A stretch of 62,639 nt of DNA, the filler included, from Aduncisulcus paluster (Eukaryota), in the NCBI GenBank assembly GCA_024181965.1. It is 5 parts of 5 records of this genome, joined end to end, with 100 filler letters (N's around TTAATTAATTAA, not from the genome) between each part and the next. Parts side by side here need not be neighbours in the genome. Positions count along the whole stretch, not along the records: positions 41,074 to 62,639 come from BQXS01010896.1; 4 more parts are not named here. One strand, written 5' to 3'. Below are positions 53,531-62,639 of this stretch, one piece after another. The notes beneath the pieces were generated by a model that was not told where the DNA came from, made no database searches, and saw nothing but the letters and a program-made list of their open reading frames with translations. The position numbers and the translations under genes are program-made. Each line of letters starts with the position of its first letter. The stretch's first letter is position 1.

Positions 53531-56500
53531 ATGACCGTTGAAGAATCAGATTTCTCGGTTACTGTTAGAATAAGACCTGAATTACCTAGTGAAGGTGATA
53601 GTGGTTGTTGGACAAATATCATTCGCAAAGTTGATGATCAAGTTCTCGTTTTTGATCCTTCTCCGACCATATCTCGGCGGAAACCAGTTGCCTCAAATCC
53701 TGGTGATAAAAAATTCAAAAACAAGGCGTTCAAATTTGATAAAGTATTTGGAGAGGATTCAACTCAAGAAGAGGTGTTCTTAAATACTGCCCAACCTCTT
53801 ATTGGTGCTGTTCTTGATGGATATAATGCCTCTGTCCTTGCTTATGGTGCCACTGGAAGTGGAAAGACATTCACCATGTTAGGTGCTCCTAGTGGTGGCA
53901 GTGGAATCGTATCACTATCTTTGGGTGAACTTTTCCGTCAAATAGAAGCTTGTAAAACTCATACTTTCTCTGTCTCTGTGTGTGCCATTGAGGTTCACAA
54001 TGAGATATTAATAGATTTACTGAACTCTGGAAATTCCAAAAGAAAGTTAGAAGCTATGGAAGATGAGGAGAACCCACGTGGAAATAAGCAACCTGCTCAT
54101 AAGAAATTCTCAAAAAAAGCATTCTCCCATCGTGGAGGATCTCATTCGCCATCCCAAGGTTTAGATATTCAAGAAGAATCCAATGGAAATGTTGTTGTGT
54201 CTCCTCTAATCTCCCATCGGGTCAGCAATGTTCGTCAGGCCATGCGTGCTTTGTCTGTTGCCGCTGCTGCTCGTACCACACATGCTACTGAAGTCAATGA
54301 ACGTAGTTCCAGATCTCATGCTGTATTCCAAATATATGTTGAGAAATTTGAGAAAATTGGTGGAGTAATTAGCACTTTGTGTGTTGGAAAGCTTAGTCTG
54401 GTTGATCTCGCTGGAAGTGAGCGTGTCAAGCGTACAAAGAGCTCTGGGCAGCGTTTGAGAGAAGGACAAAACATTAACAAAAGTCTGTTGGCCCTTAGTA
54501 ATGTTATCAATGCTCTCTGCAGTAACTCGAAACGTTCTTCGTCGCAACCCCAAGCTCATGTTCCTTACCGTGATAGCAAACTCACACGCCTCTTGAAGGA
54601 CTCGTTGGGAGGTAATACACGAACATGTATGATTAGCAATATTTCTCCTTCTTCATGCTGTTTCGAAGAGACCTTTAACACTTTAAAATATGCCAACCGC
54701 GCAAAAGAGATAAAAATAACAGTCAAACGGAATGTGATTGATGTTAAACATCATGTTTCGGAGTATAAGAAAATGGTTGAGGATCTAAAAAAAGAACTCA
54801 ATGAGATGAGAAAAGAGAAGGCAGCTGAATCTGATAAGTATACAAAACTCCTCCAAGAACTCCAATCATTGCGGAGAGGAGGTAGTGTTCCATCCACCTT
54901 TGATCATTCAAAGATATCCCATTCTAAAAACTTTGAAAGGGAGTTAGCTGAGCTCGGTATGCTGAAGACAAGCGAAGCTGCTATGTCTGACATTCTCCAC
55001 CAATTGAGACCATTGTATGATGAACATATGCAACTCTTGAAAAGGCTCCTTGTAATGAAGAGAGAGAATATGGAAAGCAACGAAGCTAAACGCGAATCGT
55101 CTGCTCCCACTTCTTCCTCCTCATCCACAACATCTTTATCTGGCGGTGGAGCCTCTGTGCTCCCTCCCAAGGTTCCTTCAAACAAGTCCGCAATGGCTGA
55201 TGGCACATCGATACGTTCTGTCACTTCAGCTCTCTCTGAGGTTGTTGACTCCATCAGTATGGTTGTTGGAGAGTCTTCTACGCTTATTCCTCATTCATTT
55301 CACCGATTTTTGTTGAATATTATCACACAAACACACTCAGTTAGAGTCCGTGCTGCTGAACGTGAAGAAGAAGTGATCTGGCTCAGAGGTCAGCTGAGAA
55401 GATCGAGGGAGAGAGAAGAGAAATTGAGGAGACGAGAGGCAGAAAGGATACAGACTCAGCTATCGAGCACCACCGCAAATTCTAAGATAGTGGAACACCA
55501 TCCTTCTGTCGTGTTTAATACTCCTGGACATGACGTAGCTTCTTCGGCTTCAAATGGACAGATTTCATACGGTAAATTCAATCCGTTCCATTCAGCTGCA
55601 ATTCGTACACCCGATATCCTTGGAGTTCTTGATAGAACTGAGAGACGTCGCAGAGGCGAGGATGTGAGTGGCGATCGTCGTGCCATGCGGCAGAAAGATC
55701 ACGAGGAAGAAGAATATATCCGTTCCAAGAGAAGAAGTGGTTTAATGGCTGGACATTCTGGAGAGATGGAGGAAATTGAGGAACGGTTGGAGAGGAAACG
55801 TGAGAAGAAGAAGAGGGATCTTGTGGATAGCGATAAAGATTCTCGGCCGTTAAGTGCCGACGGGTCCATATATCGTACAGCAATATCATATCATTCCCCT
55901 GATGACTCCCCGAAGGGAAGAGGCTCAAGGCGTGACCATAAGAAACCCTCGACAGCTCCTAGCAAACCTTCTGTGGGTCTTAACAGTGGAGGAGTTCTAG
56001 AAGCTAACTATGGAAAAGCTCCCGTTCGTTTGTATGGTCCTACTTCCCCTCAGTCTCGTTCTTCCAATACCAGTACCAACACTAGCGGTGCCGTTGAAGA
56101 TGCCATGATGAGTGTATTTAGTTCTGTTGTTGAGGAAGAGGACAATAGACGCCGTGCAGAAGAAACACGCAGGAAAGAACAGAAGTCTCGCGATGACAAG
56201 GTCAAGGCCCTTGAAGAGAAGAGGAAGATGCAACTGAAACAGCGTGAACTCAGTCGAGCTGATAGTTCCATGAGTGTCAATTCAGGGGACAAAACATCTC
56301 AGCATGCTCATATTCCCCTGAGTGGTCATGTTATGCCTCAAGGAGTTATTTCAAGCTCTGCTCCTAAATTAACCACCTCAAAGACCAAGATGGGATCATT
56401 CAAACGTCTGGTGTCTCCTCGTGGGATAACGGAGAGTAGGGAACAACTTTTGGCCAAAGCTGCTGCAAATGGAACAGCAGACAAACCATCATCCCTGGCG

Positions 56501-58533
56501 TCTCAAGGAAAACCTGTGATCACTGCCGATGGATCTATTTCACAACAGGCATATTCACATCTTGCCAAGCATCATGGACTCTTTTTGAGAAACAATGTTG
56601 TCAGACGTCGTAAGAAGAATAATGATGGTGCTGCTCCAACCATACAGAAATATGGGACTGCTGATGTCAAGAGAACTCAAGATAAGTCTTCTAAGCATCC
56701 AGGCTCACCCAGTAGTCTGATAATGAAAGGAAAAGGGCATACTTTGGGCAGTTCAATCCACAGCGGTGGTAAGCAACCTAAACACAGCAGTGCGAAGGAG
56801 GTTCTTTCATCCCTAAAATCTCACCATCATCCTGCTCCCATTTCTTTCACTCCTGATGCTCTCAAGAAGGCTAAGAGAAGGAAGGAGATTGAAAGTGAAT
56901 GGCGTGCAAAGAAAGAGCGTAGGGAACAAGAAATTAAGGAACCTATTGGTGGCAAAGGGGAAGAAACCAAAGGCAAAGACAAGCAAGGTAGTGAGCAGAA
57001 GAAAGTTCCAATTCTTCAGNNNNNNNNNNNNNNNNNNNNCCAACCATACAGAAATATGGGACTGCTGATGTCAAGAGAACTCAAGATAAGTCTTCTAAGC
57101 ATCCAGGCTCACCCAGTAGTCTGATAATGAAAGGAAAAGGGCATACTTTGGGCAGTTCAATCCACAGCGGTGGTAAGCAACCTAAACACAGCAGTGCGAA
57201 GGAGGTTCTTTCATCCCTAAAATCTCACCATCATCCTTCTCCCATTTCTTTCACTCCTGATGCTCTCAAGAAGGCTAAGAGAAGGAAGGAGATTGAAAGT
57301 GAATGGCGTGCAAAGAAAGAGCGTAGGGAACAAGAAATTAAGGAACATATTGGTGGCAAAGGGGAAGAAACCAAAGGCAAAGACAAGCAAGGTAGTGAGC
57401 AGAAGAAAGTTCCAATTCTTCAGTCAACCTCTGTTGATGGATCTTCCATTCTTGATGCTGTATTTGGCGATATCACTGCTGTTCACCCCCACCCTCCGTC
57501 AACTCCTCCTTCAGGGCGTACGTCTTCACTCTTATCTCTGCAATCATCACATTCCCAGAAGATGAGAAGGAGATTGGTCTCACCAGGATATAACATCTCT
57601 GGGGATTCCTCTGCTATGGTTGATATCACTTCGGGGGCTGCTACACCCACCGTTCCACACCCAGGCAACAGAAAAGCAGGTGTGGATGCTACTCCTAAAT
57701 CTCAGTCCGCCGTTAGTTCTGGACTTCCAGTCTCTCCATCTGATCGATCTGATAGAGTTCGTACGACACACATTGATGTTCAATCATACGATGAACGGGA
57801 CTCTGCCTCAAGAACTGGAAATACAGGCGTGTGCACAGTGTTCGAGACTCGTGAAGCTGCTGATATCAGTGGTGAGATTCCGTATGAAAGTGGAGTTGCC
57901 GGGATTGGCGCAGGATACGTGAGTGCAGCCATTGAATGCAGTGAAAGTGACGATGATATTGAGCTTAAAGTGTCTGAAGTGCACGATGGACATGGATCTG
58001 GACCAAAGAATAATCCTGACATCAATAGATATCGTGTCCAGAGCTATGTTGCAAGCTCTCAGCAGCAGCGGCAACATCCATCAACATCGACATCTTTGGT
58101 TGGTGGTGCCATTCTAACGGCATCCAAGCCTGTGTCTCAAGAAATAATTCCATCTCAACGCCACATCTCTGTCGATATTTCCTCTGAAGATATTGAGAGG
58201 GAACGAGGTGTCGGGGATGTATTCAGACAGCCATATAAACACCCACCTTCCGTGCGTCCTTTTACTGCAGCTGGGAATATATGGGGCATGAAGCCTCATC
58301 GTGGACCTGAAGAAATCGAACGTCCCCAGACTCAATTGGGAGTGAATCCAAAGTCAAAGGGTAGCCCTCAATTTGTTATGAAACCTTTTAGAAAGAAGAA
58401 GAGGAAAGAAAAGATCAAAATGATGGCACAAAAGAAGGATCAGGGAGGCAGACCCGTCTGGAGAATGCACTTGACTGGAAAATTACAAGAATTAGAAATG
58501 CTCGAGAAAATTGCGCATAAAGGGCGGAAATAA
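53531..58533 (+). CDS. Kinesin-8 family motor (KIF18/KIF19-like), one gene split by an assembly gap
   Basis: AYGATGSGKTFTM, SSRSHA, LSLVDLAGSER, EGQNINKSLLAL, HVPYRDSKLTRLLKDSLGGN, NTLKYANRAKEI..KRNV. Removing the duplicated overlap joins the two ORFs. Confidence 0.9.
56636..57423 (+). repeat. 384-bp duplication (56636-57019 = 57040-57423) around a 20-N gap; probable uncollapsed overlap
   Basis: Copies end exactly at the gap edges and differ at two positions (56834 G/57238 T; 56943 C/57347 A). Confidence 0.92.
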
Positions 58534-59112
58534 TCCAGTCTAAGAAATTCTGAAATATTTTTACCATTCAACTTTTTGATTTCATTTCTTATTGGCATTG
58601 TCGTAAAAATCTCACTTTTCAAGCATTATTCAGTATTATCAATATTTCTATTGTTCTAAATGTTATAAATATTATAAATATAATTCAGTTTTATTTTTGT
58701 TTGTTCGTAATTGTCACTCAATAAACTCGCTAAAAATAGAATATCTTGATTGCCTTTTTTTTTTCTTTTTTTCTTGTACATTCTTAGTGTTTTACTAGAA
58801 TGTTGGGGTGTCTACTTCATGCGTCAGCATTGTATCGAAAAATGACCGATAGCGATGTATATTAAGCATCCCAGAGTTGGGATATGGAATTCAGCGTGAT
58901 CCGGCTTCTGCTGGTTCACATAGGTTTTGTATCCAATATCATATTTATATCTTTTGATATATATCCCTATATTTTTTTGATTTAAGACATTTTTGGATCC
59001 TCTATTATCGTGGTTCTACTAGAACTCATATTAATAGTATGAAAGACGATCGCGAGTTAAATTGAACGAAAATGAACAGAAGAACAAGTATTTATTGGAT
59101 TATTTCAAGACT

Positions 59113-59850
59113 TTAAACAATGTTACAACTTGATGATTGTTCAGTTGCTGTACTTTCTTTTGTTTGGCTCTCATGGAATGTATCTCCTTCAAATATGAGA
59201 GATTTCTCAATAAATGAATCTTCACTGATCGATGTTGCCTCATATTCATCATATGAAATGTCCGCGGACGGAAGGGAACAAACATCTGACATTGAACTAG
59301 AATGATCGAAATCACTTCGTCCTTTGTCGCAATTTTTGAAAACTAAATAATAATAAGCGACAAAAACACGTTTTGTGATTGGTTGATGACTTTGAACAGA
59401 AAATGATCGAGATCTATCTCCTATATTGAGTTTATATAGAGCTGGAAGAATAATATTAGTTGGAATTTGAAGTACCCGAGCTACTTTGAGGAGAGCCGAG
59501 GAAGAAATTGAATATGATAATGATACGTCCTGAGAACAACGAAAAAGGAAATCTGAATGTTGGTAAAGATAAAAGGTTAAACATTTAACATCTTGAGCAA
59601 TAAGAATGGAAAAACAGTGGAAAAATTGAGCAAAATTCAATGCAGCTTGATGCTGGAAATCGAAAAAACTAAAAATGTTAAGGAGAACCCTTTCTTCAAT
59701 CTCGCAAAATATGCTTATGATATCAGAAAATCGTAAAAATCTCACAAGATAATCAATGTCACATTCCTTATCAAACCACGCTTTCATTGATTTAATGCCC
59801 AATTTAGTATAAATCGAAAAAAAAACTTCCCGAGGATCTTCCTCGGGCAT
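59113..59850 (-). CDS. EFCAB9-like degenerate EF-hand protein
   Basis: NIFSFFDFQHQAALNFAQFFHCFSILIA...TFYLYQHSDFLF aligns with EFCAB9 ([28 protein letters not shown]...QFMYRHSRPVF). Alternative ATG at 59904. Confidence 0.6.
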   Translation of the reverse strand: MPEEDPREVFFSIYTKLGIKSMKAWFDKECDIDYLVRFLRFSDIISIFCEIEERVLLNIFSFFDFQHQAALNFAQFFHCFSILIAQDVKCLTFYLYQHSDFLFRCSQDVSLSYSISSSALLKVARVLQIPTNIILPALYKLNIGDRSRSFSVQSHQPITKRVFVAYYYLVFKNCDKGRSDFDHSSSMSDVCSLPSADISYDEYEATSISEDSFIEKSLIFEGDTFHESQTKESTATEQSSSCNIV

Positions 59851-60313
59851 TAAATGTAAAGGACCTAGCAATAGAGTAGATATTATATTATAATGGATTT
59901 TCATGACATATTTAAAACAATTTTCAATTGGGTTGTCAACACTGTTCGAGAAAAACGGAAATTCAATCTTATAGAGAGAAATAAAGATGTTAAGATGGGA
60001 TCACGCCCATAAAATTGCCCTGTTTTGAATTTATACTTTTCGCGATAAAAGTACGTGATAAGAATTGATCATTTCACGACATATCGAAATTTCTCATGAA
60101 CCAGGGTAAATATTGACAAATTAATCAATATTTGTGAAATCTGAAAGAAAAGATAATGTATTTTATTCGGAATTTGTTCGATAACTTTGGTTTTTAACAA
60201 AGTCGATTGGAATTGAATCCTATTTTTAGAGAGACTCAAGAATGATGGTTTTTGTGTGCAGTAGTCAATATTACCATAATATTATCTTTGCATTGCAGAA
60301 TTAATTTTAAATA

Positions 60314-62485
60314 ATGGAGTTAAAAGATAAAGCTAATGTAGTTGTTGTTGAAGATTCACGATCAATTCCTTCTAGCCATATTATTCGTTGGTTTCAGGAT
60401 TATGTTCCAGAATTATCGTCAAAAATGATTAAAAATATTCAAAAGCACCATAGAACCCAGACTGTTGGTCAGGCTACTCGTGTGTTTTTTCCGATGCCAA
60501 GTTCAACCATATCATCAAGTGTTGTAAAGAAATGTCATAACAAAACTTATCATGATAATTCTCTTAAAATATTCAGAATTACCGAGAGTTCAATGAATAG
60601 AAGATTGCAGAAGCCCCCGTGTCCTATGGAAGTTTATAATTTGCCTATTACAACCACTGAATCTCAATTACGTGAGTGTTTATTTGGATATACAATTGCC
60701 TCTGTCAAGATGAAGCGGACAATGCAAGAAATGAGAGTGGAAATTGTATTTGGAACTCTTGAAGAAGCCATGGGCGTTCAACGTGATTCTTATGTCCGTG
60801 AAGAATTTGATAAACTCTGTGGCCCGGATCGTCGTGCTAAATTTTTATGGCATTTCTATGCCGAATTGAAATTACGTCTCAAGTGTTCTGTTTTAATCAA
60901 AACTATTGCAAAAGGAGCCCGTCAAATTGGTTGGAAGACATATGGTCAAGGTGGCATTGTTTTATTTTATAAACACAACCCTGACAGTCCCACAACTCTC
61001 TGGTTAACGTATGCTACTCCTCAAGGTGCTGATGAAGCTATCACCCTGTTCAACAAACGTGTTATGAGTGACAATGAAGTTTCTGTTCAACGTATGCGTG
61101 AGTTTCCTCGTTGGGCTGTTCCACAAGCTTCAAGAGAGGGCCTCGAGGGAAGCACTATTGCTGCTGATACCCTTGCTGGTATGTTCCCTCAAGTTACTGC
61201 CTCTGCTGAGCCTAGAAATCTGTATATCGCCTTCGATTCTCTCTCATTGACTGAAGTAGACATTAAAAAACTCTGTTCTCCCTTTGGAGATGTCGTCAGT
61301 GTTTGTGCTCGCGCCAAGCATGGATTTGCTGCTTTCAGGACCCATGCTCAGGCCCAGCGTGCTCTCAAATCTCTCAATGGTATGAAATATGCTGGTACTG
61401 AGCTCAAAGCCAATTTCCACATTCGTAGTCGTACTTCTCACTCTGACCGTACTCTTAACCTTAATGAACACTTGGATCCTGTTGAAAGTGGAGAATATTA
61501 TTCCTATGGAGAGTATTATAGTTCTGACGAGGGTCTAGGTTTCGATGAACGTGAGGAATCTGAAGAAAAGCATATGATTGGCACTCCAATGGCCATCAAC
61601 GAGGAAGAGTTCCCATCTCTGGCTTCAGAGAAGGAGAAAGACAAGGAATCTGATGAAAAGGAGACGAAATCCAAGAAGAAGAAGTCCAAATCTAAGAAAA
61701 GGGACGAGTCTGTTGACCCTTCTTCATCTTCTTCAAAGCCTTCGACTAGGAAAAGCTCAAAGCCTGTCAAGGAAGAAGAAGTGAAGGAAAAAGATAAGAA
61801 ACCTGTTCCCGCCCCTTCCAGGAAGAAGTTTGGTTCTTCCTCTGATTCGCAGGTCTCTGTTTCTTCGATTGATAAGGCTGAGACCACTGTTCAGTACGTT
61901 CCTCTGAAGGAAGAGGAAGAAGATGACATCCAAGAGCACGTCACAGGTAGTTCTCAAGCAGAGCCTCGTTCCATGACCCCTCCACCTGCTGTGTCTTCTG
62001 CCATGCCAAGCTACGTCGTTGATCCTGCCCTTCTCTCCACTGTTGAGACCTTGTCAACTCTGTGTGAACATCAAAAGACTGTTATTGAGAAACTTTCGAC
62101 CAAAATAGAACAGATGGAGCAAGATCATTCTGATTATGTTTCCAAGGCTCAACTTGAGTTCAATAATCTTCAAGAATATGTCGGAAAATTGGCCAATGAG
62201 TTTTTAGTCATGCGCAACAAGGTCATTGCCAGTGAACCCAAGAGAACTCCTCCCCAAGCTACGTCGTCCAGCCTTCCTTCCTCCTCTACCTCTTCCAGTG
62301 TGACTTCTTCCTTAGAGCCCCCTCCAACAACCGAAGAAGCTCCAAGACAGGGACGTCAGTCCGTTGGTCATCCTGCTCCTGCGTTTTCCACTCTCAGTGA
62401 TATTGTGTTCCCACAGCCTTCATTTACTTCAGGACATGCCCAACAGACTCCTTTCACTCCTTTCGAGTTTGGTGGAAAATTTTAA
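60314..62485 (+). CDS. RRM-domain RNA-binding protein with charged, low-complexity C-terminal half
   Basis: VYNLPITTTESQLRECL; NLYI..DIKKLCSPFGDVVSV..HGFAAF..AQRALKSLNG (RNP2/RNP1); NEEEFPSL resembles a PAM2-like FPxL motif. Confidence 0.8.
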   Translation: MELKDKANVVVVEDSRSIPSSHIIRWFQDYVPELSSKMIKNIQKHHRTQTVGQATRVFFPMPSSTISSSVVKKCHNKTYHDNSLKIFRITESSMNRRLQKPPCPMEVYNLPITTTESQLRECLFGYTIASVKMKRTMQEMRVEIVFGTLEEAMGVQRDSYVREEFDKLCGPDRRAKFLWHFYAELKLRLKCSVLIKTIAKGARQIGWKTYGQGGIVLFYKHNPDSPTTLWLTYATPQGADEAITLFNKRVMSDNEVSVQRMREFPRWAVPQASREGLEGSTIAADTLAGMFPQVTASAEPRNLYIAFDSLSLTEVDIKKLCSPFGDVVSVCARAKHGFAAFRTHAQAQRALKSLNGMKYAGTELKANFHIRSRTSHSDRTLNLNEHLDPVESGEYYSYGEYYSSDEGLGFDEREESEEKHMIGTPMAINEEEFPSLASEKEKDKESDEKETKSKKKKSKSKKRDESVDPSSSSSKPSTRKSSKPVKEEEVKEKDKKPVPAPSRKKFGSSSDSQVSVSSIDKAETTVQYVPLKEEEEDDIQEHVTGSSQAEPRSMTPPPAVSSAMPSYVVDPALLSTVETLSTLCEHQKTVIEKLSTKIEQMEQDHSDYVSKAQLEFNNLQEYVGKLANEFLVMRNKVIASEPKRTPPQATSSSLPSSSTSSSVTSSLEPPPTTEEAPRQGRQSVGHPAPAFSTLSDIVFPQPSFTSGHAQQTPFTPFEFGGKF

Positions 62486-62639
62486 AAATATTTTAAAATA
62501 GTTTTTAATAACGCTCTCAATTATTAATTCACATTATCCAATTTTATACCATTGTTGTTGTTTTGCTTTATAATGTGATGAAACGATGATGAACAATAAT
62601 TTCTTTACAAAAACTTAAATTCTAATTCGTTTTTTAACA

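Noticed and set aside
57127-58533. Separate 468-aa gene
   Set aside because: It starts inside the duplicated overlap and is the kinesin-8 tail.
1-62639. Hexamitid-type code (TAA/TAG = Gln)
   Set aside because: Conserved genes end at TAA and multi-kb ORFs contain no in-frame TAA/TAG.

Overview
Gene-dense, intron-poor, AT-rich-intergenic eukaryotic DNA from a flagellated protist using the standard genetic code. The style suggests a free-living fornicate/metamonad such as Aduncisulcus; this is inference only. The window is not one locus: five sequences (1-8635, 8736-25212, 25313-31478, 31579-40973, 41074-62639) are joined by artificial 100-nt N44-TTAATTAATTAA-N44 spacers, and there is a 20-N gap with a duplicated overlap inside a kinesin gene. 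Recognisable genes: GH31 glycosidase (partial), GET3/ArsA, RECQL5-like helicase, MATE transporter, WDR35/IFT121, BBOF1/CFAP157-like, TSG101-like UEV protein, alpha2delta/CACHD1-like protein, outer-arm dynein beta-type heavy chain, CCDC112-like, WD40 protein, CK1, a 7TM-like protein, BLOC1S4-like, kinesin-8, EFCAB9-like and an RRM protein, plus tRNA-Arg(CCU) and an intron-containing tRNA-Tyr(GUA). Three GTATGT..AG introns missed by the ORF track restore reading frames. The most unusual signals are: (i) intergenic chains of interlocking perfect palindromes, each centred on one unpaired base; (ii) a >2000-aa PHD-type gene needing two +1 shifts, both at the same 19-nt motif AGGGAAGAAGAAGAAGAAG; (iii) a motif ATATGACGGYAAACYCT found on two contigs just after stop codons and ahead of structured, ncRNA-like sequence.
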